Both the position numbers and the translations under genes were made by a program. A stretch of 64,000 nucleotides of DNA, taken from Cystobasidiomycetes sp. EMM_F5. Lineage: Eukaryota. This document shows, in pieces, positions 12,119 through 26,934 of this stretch. The stretch's first letter is position 1. Each line of letters begins with the position of its first letter. The stretch covers positions 1-64,000 of the forward strand of contig JBPGPT010000052.1 in assembly GCA_051047955.1 (NCBI GenBank), read 5' to 3'. Below the pieces are notes generated by a model, which was not told the DNA's origin, made no database searches, and worked only from the letters and a program-made list of their open reading frames with translations.

Positions 12119-12260
12119 TGTAGTATTCGAGGGAGGTTTTGCGGGGTAGTACCCGCGATAGCATTTTCAGCAGTAATTTTCGTAGTATTTGGGTGGAGGA
12201 CGGCGTAGTATTCTGGTGAGACGTGTAGTATTTCAGTGCGCGGACTATAGTATTCGGGGG
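12119..12260. repeat. Direct array of degenerate GTAGTATT units, related to 8341-8506
   Basis: About 8 units. CGTAGTATTCTGGTGA at 12204-12219 is identical to 8452-8467. 12170-12185 is the exact reverse complement of 8402-8417. Confidence 0.85.
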
Positions 12261-12313
12261 CAGCACCTCAGTCCGGCAGAAAAGTGATTGGGCTGTATCG
12301 CACACAACCTCGT

Positions 12314-13533
12314 CTACTCGTCAGAATCTTCGTCCGCATCGGCATCCTCGACAATCAAGCTCGACAGCTGTTTGCGCGTAATTGGGGTGCGGTCGAGCTT
12401 CACGGGTCCCTGAGCAAAGGGCGCGGGATTGACATCCGAGTGTTCAGCTATTTTCAGAAAAACGACTTTGCGCTTCGCGTCGAGAGTCTTTGTTTCCAAT
12501 TCTCTTAAAGTAGCAAATAGGATATCGCCTGACTTGGGAATCTTAAATGAGGTAATCTCGCCGGGCTCGTACTTGACTTTGGAATCGACGGCGTGAGGTA
12601 ACAACTCGAAGCCATCTGTGTCTGTTTTGACCATGTATGGTCGCACCATGGTAGCACCAGCTGTAAGTACACCGAGAGCGAGCTGCATCAAACCAGCGGC
12701 GAGAGACTTTCCGATGGAATCTGATTTCTTGTCGAAAGTGTGGCGCCAATCGACAAACCTGAGTATCGACGGCATGATTGTTTCGACGGCATTGTCATCG
12801 GTCTTGCAACCGTACCCATACTTCTCGGAGTTGATCCACTTGAGCATCAGATTAACATGGGGTGCAGGGTAGTCCTTGCGCGTGCGTTCATAGGTACTGT
12901 GAAACCGGTCAGCTGGTGTAGAGCGCCTGTCAAGTCAGCGGACCTTGTGCTTTTGCAGTACTCCTGCCCAAATCTAGACTTGAGAAAGTGTATGCCGTTG
13001 CGTACAGCATCGTCACCGAGCTTCAATCTGATAATGGCTGCCTTTTTCCCGATGTGATGATGGAGGTAGCGCTAGGTAAAGCGTCATTAGGCAATGTGAG
13101 GAATACTATCGCAACGAATAGCCTTACTCTAACATTAGGATCCTTCTCCCAGGAAGAGTGAAGCGGGAGCTGTTGACGAACGGTATTGTAGAGCGTGTCA
13201 TTGTTCCAGTTGCGATGGCTGATGAGACGGACTCGCAACTCTGCCGAGATCTGGCATTCGTGAAAGTTCCGCTGGAGGGACACAAGATGAGCAACACGAA
13301 CAGCGTTTCGCGTCAGCTGGTCGTACCAGTTCTTGCTGCTTTGATTTGATGCCATTCACTCTGCGCGCGCCGTGTTCGTCAACGTAGAGACGGAGATCTT
13401 TGACGTGGCAGTCGATTAGAGCGTCATCATCATTCTCATTCGCAGCGTCACTCGTGGTCTGGTCCTTCACGTCGGCTGCCGTGCTCTTTGCTGGATGGTC
13501 AGAAGAACCTGGAGCGTCGTTCTGGCTCGACAT
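12314..13533 (-). CDS. Hypothetical protein (about 353 aa, 4 exons)
   Basis: Exons 13533-13327, 13271-13128, 13071-12944 and 12896-12314 join in frame through canonical GT-AG introns. No family recognised. Confidence 0.7.
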
Positions 13534-13676
13534 TGCGGATAGCAGGTATGCATTAGCAGTGATGGGCGTATTTGAGCCTTGACCAGCAATAAATTATCAG
13601 CTCGTTGGCGGTTGGTCGGAAGGAGAGAGAGCTTTGATAATTTGAATACAACTTGGCTTTCATTCAACTCGCCAAC

Positions 13677-16600
13677 ATGCCCGACAGTTATGAGAACGAC
13701 CACGACATGGACCATGAGAATGATAATGAGAATGATAATGGCACCCTCGACCGCTCTCGCATCCTCGAAGTCCCCCTCCAAACGGCGGAAATTCTCGAGA
13801 TTGCATTGGACGACCTCTCGGACGACGCCGACAGCGTCCGCGAGATTGCTGACCTCTTTACAAACGAGCGCACCTCTGTCGCTTTCTGGATAAAGATACT
13901 CGACGAGTACCACCGCCGGGGAGCGCTTGAAACGGCGACCCAGCTCGGAGAGGCGGGCGTCCAGGCCTTCAAGAACCGAGGAGACCAAAAGTCGACAGTC
14001 CCGCTGCTGTGCATGATGGCTTCGTATGCAATGGCAAAGGCGAGAGCAGCCCCAAAGCAGGTCATTCCCAACCCGCGAGCTTACACGGCAAAGGGAGACA
14101 GCAAGCAGGTATACTTTCAGAAAGCAACGCAGCTCGTAACCCAGGCAGAGCAGATTGACGGCAGGAATGGCTTTGTGCTGGATATGAAGGGTGAGCGTGT
14201 CGTATTCAATCTAGCGGAAACATCTACCAACCACATCTTTTAAGCCAACCTGTACCTCCTCACCGGCAAGTACGACGAAGCTGGCAGGATATACGACTAC
14301 ATCAGCCAGCAGTGCCCCGACCATCTCTTTGCCGCAATGGGAAAGGCTCGCATACACTACATGCGCAGGCAGTTTAGACAGGCACTCAAGCTATACCAAG
14401 GTGTCCTGTCGGCCTCGCCAAAATTCCTACCAGATCCACGTATCGGTATCGGCCTCAGCTTTTGGAACCTGGGCGAGTACGATCTCGCTCGAAAGGCTTG
14501 GGAGAGGTCTCGCATCGTCAACCCGGGTAAAGCTTGCACGGGCGCATCCCTCCTTCTCGGCCTGAGCTGGATAAACACCGCACGAGAGCCGCGACTGTCG
14601 GAAGATGAGCGTGTGGACGCATACTCGACCGGTATAGGCTACGTCCAGGAAGCTTGGTCGTACGACAAGACGTGTGCTGCTACGGCAGCGGCACTGGCTG
14701 GCTACTTTTTGACAACGTCTGGCAAGTGGGATACCGTCATCAAGCTAGCTGAGTTGACTGTGCAGCACGCCGATGCAAGAGCAATCATCAGCGAAGGTCA
14801 ACTAGCTCTCGCGCGTGCTCTTCACGCACAAGGTCATACCGACGAAGCTACCCGTCATTATTCGCTCGCAGCGGAGGCCAATCCCGATCAACTGGTAGCG
14901 TCGTTGGGTGTCGCTCAGATGAACCTCCTCCGCAAAGACTACGTGACAGCTTCCAACAATCTCGATAATGTGGTACGCAAGAATCCACGATGCCTCGAAG
15001 CGCTCATTGCGTTTGGTGCCATTCAAGCGCGACAAGTCTTGACGCAGTCGATGTCTGGCGCGACTGCGGCAGATGTCACAAAGGATCGGATAGCTGCTCG
15101 AGAGACATACGATAATGTCGTCACGCTGTTTCAGGGCACAGCCGATCTCAAGGATGGCCAAGGCGATCAGGCTGGCTACCTCGATCCTTTGGGTGCTCGT
15201 ATACAGCAAGCTGCGAGAGACCCAGACTTGTACATTGAAATCGCCCGTTTGTGGACAGGAGACGACCTTTCAAAGTCTCTTAATGCATATCGCCAGTCCC
15301 TGTCAGTGAGGCAGGATCTGGATGACGCTGAAGCAAAGCATGCCACTACGAATGGCCAGAATGGTGATAGTCACTCGACAACAACCGCTTCAAGCAGGCT
15401 ACCGCAATTGTTGTGCAATATCGGTGCGCAGGAATTTGCTCGTGGCGATTACGAGTCTGCGCAGGATCGGTTCGAGCAGGCTATCACGCACGAGATTGAG
15501 CGACAACAGGCGTCGGCGGCTAGCCTAACGAACGGAGCGACCACGGCTGAAACGGACGCTGTCATGATGACGCTCATGTACAATCTCGGTATCGTGATGG
15601 AGGCCAGGGGACAGAAGGAAGAGGCAATACAGTTGTACGAGCATCGATTGCTTGCAAGACATCCTGAGTTCCTTGAAGGTCAGTTCATGAAAATCATGCA
15701 TTTCATGACTTTACTCATGCACTCCTTGTAAACAGCAAAAGCACGATTGGCAGCTATCGCCCTAGCCGACAAGCAATACGATCGGTGTAGCGACTTCTTG
15801 AAGGCTGCTCTTACGGCTCAGCCTGCTCATCTAGATATTCGCGCTCTATACACATACTTCAGTGTCGAAGTGAACAACCTGGCGGGTGCGAAAGAGTTTG
15901 CTGTCGCTACGCTCAAGGATCACAACAAGACCGACACATATGCTATGAGCGCAATGGCGCACTTGCTATACCAGCAAGCTCGAGACTCGCGCGCAAGCAA
16001 GCCGGAAGAGGTGAAAGAACGCCTGTCGCGCTTCTATCGCGCCAACGAGGCTTTCGATCGAGTGCTCCAGCTGGATCCGACTTGCGCATATGCCGCGTCT
16101 GGTATTGCCATCGCTTTAGCGGAAAACAACCTCGGGTCAAAAGTTCCGACTGGTCAAGCCAATCTGGCGAGCAACGAGGCTGCACAGAGATCAAAGAATC
16201 TACGTGATGCTCTGTCGATACTCAACAAAGTCAGAGAAGTTGCGAACAACGGGAATGTCTACGTCAACATCGGTCTGTGCCATTTTCAGCGCGAGGAGTT
16301 TGAGCGGGCTATCGAGAGCGTGAGCAACGGCTGCCTACTTCAAGCGATGCGTGATGCTGACATATTGGCTAACGTTACCAGCTCGAAACTGCCAATACTC
16401 GCTACTATCGCAACAAGCACTTGCCGACGCTCTTGTATCTATCGCGAGCACGCTTTCACAAGGCAGCGCGGGACCAGTCCTTTGCCGTACTTCAGGATGC
16501 TCTAGCTTCGGCTCAAGCAGTAAATCATCTACATTCTCCCTCTATGGCAGTCATTCGCTGACTTGATATACAGGCTCAGGCATTAGCGCCGAAAGATGAC

Positions 16601-17483
16601 GCCATCCGCTTTAACATTGCTCTCATCCAACAGAGAGGGCTCGAAACACTGCAAGAGCTGCCAGCGTCGAGAAGACGCGTCACGGAAATCCAGACTGCCA
16701 TCGCGTATGCGGAGATAGCGCAAAAGTAAATTCATGACATTTGTCAATGAAAGTGTGACAACTGACGATAATTGCAGGACCTTTGGCGAGCTCGCGGACA
16801 GAAAAGCCGAAAATGCACCTTACAACATCGATATGGCGGATCAACGTCGCAAATTTATCGACACGATGTTGCGGCGTGCTCCAATCACGCTCAAGGAACA
16901 AGAGGAGTGGGAACAAAGCGAAGCCAACAAGGTTGAGATCGCCAGACGAGATCGAGAAGCAGAAAGGGCTCGACAGGCTGAGGTAGAACGAACAAAGCGA
17001 GAGGAGGTACGAAGACAGGCAGACGAGCTGGCGTCTCGCCGGCGACAAATGGCGGAGGATGCGAAGAGCTGGTACGTCAAGCCGGTAGTAGAGAGCGAAG
17101 ATGACGAAGACAAACCGAAGCGGGGTAAGGGGCGCAAGAAGAAGGAGGACGATGGCATCGTTCCCGATGGCGAGGGCGAGGAAGAAGTTAAACCCAAAAA
17201 GCGCAAGAAGGCTGCTAACGGCGAGGGACCAGGGCCCAAGCGAAAGAAGAAAGCCAAAAAGGAAGGAAGCGAAGAAGCTGGCGCAAATGGCGCAGGCGCC
17301 GGAGATTCGGCCCCAGTTTCAGGAGGCGAGGATGCGGAGGAGGATACTGGTCCGAAACGCGCTGGCGGCAGGAAGAAGAAGCAATATGTAAGTCTCGACA
17401 CGGCTTGATGTGATGCAATACTGACCCAGATACGTACACAGCGAACAAAGGAAGTCATTTCGGACAGTGACGTTAGTGATTGA
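13677..17483 (+). CDS. CTR9: Paf1 complex TPR subunit Ctr9
   Basis: Multiple TPRs, FLPDPRIGIGLSFW, FDRVLQLDPTCAYAASGIAIALAE and VYVNIG. Charged K/E-rich C-terminus ending KEVISDSDVSD*. Confidence 0.93.
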
Positions 17484-17589
17484 AGACAGTACAGGCCGAA
17501 GGCATAGTGATGTTGCAATAAGCAAGCATGAAGAACACATGCAAGAACTGATCGGATTCCTCTTCTATTATTTGAGTCCAACCTCTATG

Positions 17590-19318
<1,729 letters not shown>

Positions 19319-19467
19319 CTTGCGCAGATTTACAGGGTATTCTTTCAGTATTCAGGTCTTTGAGCAGCTTCAGAGTTAGTATTGGGTCGCAGCTTCAGTT
19401 GGTAGGTTTCCAACCTCATTGTAAAATGAAATTTGGCATTATACCTACTGGCGCAATTCGGACAAGG

Positions 19468-21156
19468 ATGGGAAAGAAACGAGCTGCAGAGGATGAGAAT
19501 GAGAATGAGAGCGAGAATGAGGCAGTGAGGGAAACTCTCCACAACGGCCAGCCCGAACGGGGAGAAAACAGCGAAATCGACGAAGTCCCAGCGATATCGC
19601 ACGCAGAACAGCGCAAAAGGCGAAAGCTCGAGAGAAGGAAAGCGAGAGCAGCAGAGGATGGTGACTACGGCGAGGGAGAGACTGCGACGGCAAAAGATGC
19701 AGCGTCAGTAGCGGAAAAGCCCAACAAGTCTGGCAAAAAAATAGCAAATGCAAGTGCTCGACACGACAAGGACGGCGCAGAGGCACCTCGCTCAGGCTTT
19801 GGCGTGTGGATAGGTAACCTCGCATTCAAGACGGATGCAGAAAAGGTGGGCAGTTTTTGGGGGGATTCTCATTTCAACAATCCTGACAATCTCCACTATG
19901 TCTTTGGCTAAACGTATGATGCTCGCACTGTGCAACTATGGTCCCACGCATGATCTCGACAGCTCCGCACCTTTCTATCATCCCGAATGTCACAACCAGT
20001 CACCCGTGTCAACATGCCGAAAGGACCAAAAGACAGATCTGGACAGCTCCAGCCCAACAAGGGCTTTGCATATGTCGACTTTGCTGATCAAGGAGGCGTT
20101 GATGCAGCCATAGCGCTCAGCGAAGAAGGGTTGGATGGGCGACGGCTGCTCATCAAGGACGCCAAATCCTTCGAAGGCAGGCCTGCCAGTGCAGCCAGGC
20201 TTGCGTTAAAAAGCGCGGGTGATGCAGAAGGTCCAGCCGATCCTACGACCGTCAATGCAACGGCGTCCACCTCGACTGCCGCCGCGCCCAAGACTCTGTC
20301 AAAGAGCGCACGAAAGATTCTAGATCGTCAAAAGAATGCTCCCGCAATGACGCTCTTCGTAGGCAATCTTGGGTTTGAGAGTACCGCAGAGTCGATCCAA
20401 GAAGCCTTTGTGCGCAACTTTCAGCGGCAGAAGGCCTGGGCCACGAAGGAAAAAGTGAACAAGAAGGGTAAGGGGAAAGCTATGCAGAAGCCGTTGCTAT
20501 CCGATGAAGCGAGTGAGGAAGACGAACAGGACAGCGACGACAATCCTGCCGATGATGCAAAGACGACGGATGCAGACCTTCGTGAGGCTGGAATCAGAAA
20601 AGTTCGGATAGGGACCTTTGAAGACTCGGGTAAATGTAAAGGGTAAGTTGTGCTCATGCATGTCCACCGTTTACAAGTCAATGCTGAATTCTACAATATT
20701 AGCTGGGCATTTGTCGATTTCTACGAGATACCACAAGCGACCGCCGCCTTGGTGAACTCGCGCAATCATCACTTCAACGGACGCACGCTCAACATTGAGT
20801 ATGCGAGTGCCGACGCAGTCAAGCGTGGTGGAGGCAGACTCAGCGCACCCAAAACTGGATCCGCGTATGAGCCTAAGCGTACGAAGCCCTTCCAACGAAA
20901 GATCAAGGCATCGGCAACGTCTTTCCAAGACAAGAAGCGTGCTGATGCTAAGTCTGACCTGATGGAGAAGACGGATGGCACGCAGTTACCCACCGCATTC
21001 GGCGGGAAGGTTCACAAACCCAATCAGGCAGAACGTGCTGCATTACGAGCTGAGCGTGCGGCCCAAAAGTCTGGAGGCGGTCGCAGTCGTCCGAACGGTG
21101 CTCGCAAAGCTCCAGAAGCTATCGTTGCTGCTGCTGGATCGAAGACTGTTTTCTAG
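19468..21156 (+). CDS. Nucleolar two-RRM RNA-binding protein (Nop13/Rnp24-like)
   Basis: RRM1: GVWIGNLAF and NKGFAYVDF, plus LDGRRLLIKDAKSFEGRP. RRM2: LFVGNLGF and TFEDSGKCKGWAFVDF. Confidence 0.85.
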
Positions 21157-21328
21157 GTTGCTGGCAGGATATGTCTTTTCAGTAGACTTTAGTCACAGTC
21201 AGTCATTCCGAGGTGTCCTCTGCCATCGTCTGTTGTTGTTTGAACTCATCCACCACGGAATACAAGCATGCGCTGCCCTTCTGTTGATTGCACGTCGTAT
21301 GATATCTTCTACAATCTGCCAAACTAAA

Positions 21329-21826
21329 CTATAACCGAACTCGACCTTGCCGCGCATATCGAGCGTGAGTTAGAGCCTGGCACCCGCACACGCCAAAGAA
21401 GCTGCGTGCCGTGCGAGCGGAGCGTGTCAGCCAACTGTGCCAGACTCGCGGTAGGGAAGCCTGAACGGACACTGCGTAAGCTACCGCCGTAGCGTAGCAG
21501 AGCTTTGCGACTTCGTGGGGCTTTTCGGGACTCTTTGTGCTTCCGGTTAGAACCTGCGAGGCCAATTGTCAGTATCTCCTCGTTGTCGGATGTCGTTGAC
21601 AATGTCGATATCGTCCAAGCACCTCTGCGCCATTGTCAAAGGCCATCCCGAGAGCCAGGAGGATAAAGATGCCAAAGAGCGACACGACGCTGCAGCACGA
21701 CGCTGCGATATGTTCAAAGAATGTGGTTTAAAAGAATGGTCAACCCCCGTCAGCTGGATTGTGTTTCATCTTCAGAGTCGGCCTTGACGCACCCAGGCCA
21801 GACGGGACCACTGCTGCTCCGGCCAT
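21329..21826 (-). CDS. Small two-TM protein, V-ATPase V0 subunit f / RNASEK homologue (89 aa, 4 exons)
   Basis: Spliced sequence MAGAAVVPSGLASCCSVVSLFGIFILLALGMAFDNGAEVLTGSTKSPEKPHEVAKLCYATAVAYAVFFGVCGCQALTHARYARQGRVRL. Exons 21826-21793, 21702-21623, 21553-21471 and 21401-21329. Confidence 0.8.
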
Positions 21827-22037
21827 GCTGACGGTGCTCGTCGTTGTCTTGGAGCTCACTGACGAGGTTGATGTCGTGGCTTGTCGAGTGGTCTGAAGGG
21901 AGACCTCCATTCGTGATTGTGGAAACGATAATTGATGGCTACATTGGGTCACTGACGACTAACAATGACACAGAAACCAATACATGGACTACTTCTGTTT
22001 CGAAATAACTGACGACTGACTCCGTCCTTGCCCCATC

Positions 22038-24196
22038 TCACGGCACAGCGAGCACTATCGCCCCGAGTATGAGCGACACGCACAACCCATACTTTGCACC
22101 CCTCAGGATAGCCTGCGTCTGAAATACCGCAATGTGCGGCGAGAAGACTTGCGTCATGGGCGCGAAAACCGAAACGGAATGCTTTGTCGAAATGGGAGCG
22201 GGGTCCCTCTTCCCCTGCGTTTTGCTTACTTGTCGAGCAGTGTCACCGACATAAACGTCCATTCCCTCCGTCTCCATCTCCTCCCAGGGTTGCTGCCAGG
22301 ACATAACTTTGCCGAAATAGCCATCGGGCGTTTCAAACGATGTAACACCTTCCATACTCAACGCAGCGGACGGCAGATCCAAAGCTGTCACAGACTTAAC
22401 AGCGTCTTCACGCTTCTGGCTGTCGCCACTAACTTGGCTTCCTTCACTCGAGTCTGTTCGCAGCATGCTTGTCGCGGTCGTCTGTTCGAGCAATACTGGC
22501 AGTAGCAGTGGCGTCGGAACGGCTTCTGAAGAGACGAACGCATCACTGTTGATGAGCGTACTCGCAGACTGTTTTCGTTCGCCAGGAGCAACGACGGTCG
22601 TCGAAGACAATTTGCGAGTCGAAGGCAAAAGAGTGCCAGTCAAGGATGGCCGAGATGTGGGCCGCAGTAATGTCATCGACGAAGCGCGCACATGCTTACG
22701 TCGACTTGTGATGACTTGGCTGGGCGGAGGTACCAGAGTGTTGATGGACGGAATAAAGGCCTTGGTGCCAGTGCCATCGCTATCCGACGCAGCAAGCGCT
22801 GCAGGTCGAGCCATTTCGCACATTCGTAGCTGACGGCAGGTTCCGAACAGCCACAGCACGATGCAAGTTCGTCGAAGTCCGCCGATAGCGGTAAGAGTGC
22901 CAAAGAAGAACAGCGGTATACACGCTGCTCTCACAGCTCGTGGCCAGCGCAGGCACAAAGCCAGTATGAACGGCAGAAAGCCAATCAATACGACACATGT
23001 TCCCAGAGCTCTGCGGCGATTGGTCAGAGTGTGCTGTCCGCAAAGCTGCAAATCGACGTACACTGCAAAAATGCTTCGATATCGACCAGCGTTCCCGCTA
23101 ATTTCTCTCAAGAATTTATTGAGTGAATTGGTCAGCATAGTCTCGACGGCCTCTTTGGCCGGTCGAAATACGCTTGGATCTGGCGAATGGAGCGCGTCTA
23201 AACGAGTCCTCACCGAGACGTCCTCGTCCAGATTGAGCTGAAATCTGGAACCTTCCCGGAAAAACGCGTCAAACGCTTTGTACCACGACTGTGACAGGTG
23301 GAGAGGTAAATCGGCTGGCGAGACTGACATGCTGGCCGTCATTTCTGCTCCGTCCTCCGGCAGTGTCTGTGGATCGCGTCTGTCTGCTGATGGAGTCGAG
23401 TACGATGCGACGTAGCGGTCGTAGTTGTCACTGGTGACCGCAAATGCCGCTTCTGGGGACGTAATCGCTTTCGCCCGGGAGGCTAGCCATTCCTCGTATT
23501 GGGCAGTGTAGCCTTCGAGCCAGGCGTAGAAGTAGTAATTCTCGACAGACAGCTCCTCATAAGCCAGGTAGTCGGTAAACTCATCCCGCGTTAGAGGCGG
23601 GAGATGCCGGCTGAGGTTCACGGTGTCAGGTTGGCCATTGACTTTGTTTGTGCAGACACTTACCCTTCTAAGACGTCACGCAATGTGATTTGGTTGACTG
23701 GCGTCTTCGCCAATGTCCTAGGCTTTCCCACCTTGAACGCAGTATCAATAACGGTCGTTGTGGTGGTCTTCTGGTGCCATTCTTGCTTGTCGCAAGTATC
23801 GCTTTCAATCCCAGCCTCGACAGGACAGTCCAATGTTGGGTCTTGCCAGCCCTTGGGCGCGCAGCTACGCGGATGACGAATCCTCTGTGGCAGAAGGAGC
23901 AGGTTGTGCCAACGATACGGATATGGAGAAGGACGTGTCCGACGTGCTCTTTTCGTGTCATTCGTGAAGCCTTTCGGCTGGCAATCAGGTTTCGATGTTT
24001 CCAGGACTTGGTGAGACGATGCATTCATGACTAATACTGGAGCAGATGTCGTCCGATATACCGAAGGGGCCGTGACAAAAGGGCGAAGACCATCAATGTA
24101 GGAAATCCTCACGCCGGACGGCTGGATCTCTGCTCCATGTTGTTTGTGTGGGAGGGAGAAAGAAAATGAGGATCCACGTCGCGAGTGGCTCTGCAT
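22038..24196 (-). CDS. RGS-domain-containing membrane protein (Rax1-like architecture)
   Basis: LRDVLE..RHLPPLTRDEFTDYLAYEELSVENYYFYAW and FQLNL resemble an RGS domain. Followed by hydrophobic TM segments, an RQLR motif and a C-terminal TM. The 3' end may include one more short exon. Confidence 0.7.
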
Positions 24197-24900
24197 ACCG
24201 AAAGCGACAGTTAATTATTGACTTATGCGGAGTTTTTGTCGACCAAGTCAATGCCGGAGCATCCCACCCGAGGGAAGAGAGGAATTCAGGCACCCAAGCT
24301 GAGCAATGTTCCACGAGGAATGCTTGGACACGGTGAGATCTTGCGATGGGTGCTTGCGGCTCTTCTCTAATGGCGACTCTGAGGAATGTGAGCCCTCCGA
24401 AGGAGAATGTGGCGAATATCAGTCGCGTCGGCAGTCGCGTCGGCATGCGATAAGTACCTGCTCACAAATTGGATCTCTGGCTGCTGCCAACTAATTCGAC
24501 TGATGCGATTTTTAACGTCGTGGTTAGAATGGACCAGAGGAGACCCAGCTGAGCTTTCATGCAGCGTCAGGAGGTCGGACCCACCCCTCGCAGGAGGTGT
24601 CCGAGCGGATCTAAGGTTCATCGGCAGGGCTAACCTTGTCTGCCGGACTGCAGCTCAACTTGCGCATGCTCTTGTTTGACTCGGCGGGTGTATAGTTAGG
24701 TATCTCACGCATGGCGCTGCATGACCTTCTGCTCCTGTTGGGCTGATCACGAACACGTTAAATATGAACACGCGTTAAGGTCAGGGTTTAGGCTCCAATT
24801 CAGTATATGGAGAACAAATAAACCTCCACAGCTTCGATTTAAACGAGTATGCTTTCTGGCAGCAGCTAAACGTCTCCATACCTCCAAGTGTGCGGGTTCG

Positions 24901-26800
24901 CTATTCCTGACGGGTTCTCTCTATGTCATCGACGATATGCACAAACACGTCCTCCACTGCATCAGCGCCGGCATACATGTCGAGATGCTCAGCATCTGGC
25001 AGACAATGACTGAGACGCGTCATCAGCTCAGCAGTCGAGTACATAAACGCCAAGCCAGTGCTCACATGCGAATGACTTGAACGTCCTGTTCGTGACTAGC
25101 AAGTCGGTCAAGCAGACGCTGACAAGAGACTGACAGCACGCTCAGATAAGTCAAAGCTTCGAATTCTAGGTCACTCACCCAATCGATCTTGTCCTCCGTA
25201 GTACAGACTAAGAGGGGGAAAGTTGGGCTCAAACCACTTCGGCGCATTGTCATTGAGAGCACATCCACGCGACGTGAACCCATTCCTTCCGGCCCACCAA
25301 TAAATGTTAGCACTCGACACTGGGGCAGGGGCAAAGCGAAACATCTTCGGCTTGCGTCTTACTAGCCAATTGGTATCCGTCCAGTGAAAGAGATAAGCAA
25401 ACATCTAACCAAGAATCAGTCTATACTGAGTGCAAACCCAACGTAAATGCGAGCCTACCTGATATCCCAGGTATGCAAACAGACGGGCGGGAACGAAGCC
25501 GTACGCCCATTGCATTACGGTCATGAAATCCAGGACTCCGAAAAGCCTTTTCCAACGTGCCCAGCCGACATTGCATACGGCAGAGAAAGGGAATTCTGTC
25601 GTAATGGGACCCGCGAACACCGCCGGAGCTAGCGCGACAAAGACTGATATTGAGTCTCCGACGTCTGGCCGTATGCTCTTGGCCAAAGTGATAAACATAG
25701 TTGCATTGCCCTGCGAATGACCGATGTAGGCGATCTTGTTATATCCAGCTACGGAAGGGTGCAGATGTAGGAAGTAGAGTGTGTTTAGAGTCTGTATGCG
25801 AATGCCGCTCGACGGGCCGAACGAGCATTGATAAAGCTGCTCACTATCGTTCCTGACGTGATTTACGAGAGCGGGTATGTCGTGCATAGCGTACTCCTTG
25901 ATATCATGGTCCCAAAACAAGGAATCGGACTTTGAGAGGCTGACATGACCCATACCGCAAATGCCGCGATTATTCTGTGCGGTACAAGCTGTGAGCCAAG
26001 TCCTGCGCGACAGGCGGGCAGCTTCGTAGCTTACCCCAAGGTAGACCTGGTAGCCTCTAGAGACTGAATCTTAGATGGAATTGTCCCACTCCAGTAAACG
26101 AGAAAGCTTACCGTTCGGCCAAATAAAATGGCAGACTGCGCTCCTCGCTTGTAATGAACGTGCCAGACCTCACCAAAAGACCATGCATAAGAAGTACTGG
26201 AAAGCCACCTTTGCCGTCTGCATTGATCTTGCGCTGAGAATTCGGAGCAAGGATCTTGTAGACGCGTAGCTTGAACCCGTCTTCAGTCGTAACTTCCTGT
26301 TCCTGAAGGTCGTACCCGCATGATTTCGCATAGTACGCGTCGTCCTTCACCCAGGCCTCCTTTGCCCAAACATCGGGATTGTCCCAGTCTCTGTGAACCG
26401 GCTTGCGACGTGTACCTCGATATGATGCTCTGATGAATTCCATACTCTGCTGACATATTGCCAAGGTCTCCAGAAATATCAAGAAGCCCGTAGATATCGC
26501 CACTGCCAGTGCCTGCCAAAATCGAAACCTGATGCTTGACTTCCCGGCTGTAAGTGGACGAGCGGGAACACGATCAGAAGATATGAATGCCGGTTGGTCT
26601 TGTGCAGCTGCAGATCCATTCTCGTATACAGCCTGTGCCATATCACCGTGGCGTATTGAAGGAGATGGCCTTTGTTGTGAGAAGACGTTGTGCCCTGACG
26701 GGGTCGCTCGGTATGAACGGACCGGGTCTGTTGTTGCAAAGTGGATGGGGCGACCAAGTACGGTAGCAGAATCCAGGTTGAGAGTGACAGATATCGACAT
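24901..26800 (-). CDS. AB-hydrolase lipase / sterol esterase (Tgl1/Yeh-like), copy A
   Basis: VTTEDGFKL, PVLLMHGL, SLPFYLAE, nucleophile elbow GHSQG, ALAPA, YYGGQD and HLD. Stop at 24901. Confidence 0.9.
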
Positions 26801-26934
26801 CGCTAAGTGCCGCGGTACATGGAAACTCCGGATGTGAGACGGTCGAACCCATGTCTTTGGCGGTATCCGTCCATCTAGCTTGTAAAGATGCTTGACAAAG
26901 ACACAAGGTTATCCAATGAAGCCTTGCATGCAGC

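Noticed and set aside
16841..17581. 246-aa antisense ORF (likewise 36456-37358, 57719-58327, 6248-6938 and similar)
   Set aside because: These are shadow or alternative frames of well-supported genes with biased composition, and have no independent motifs.
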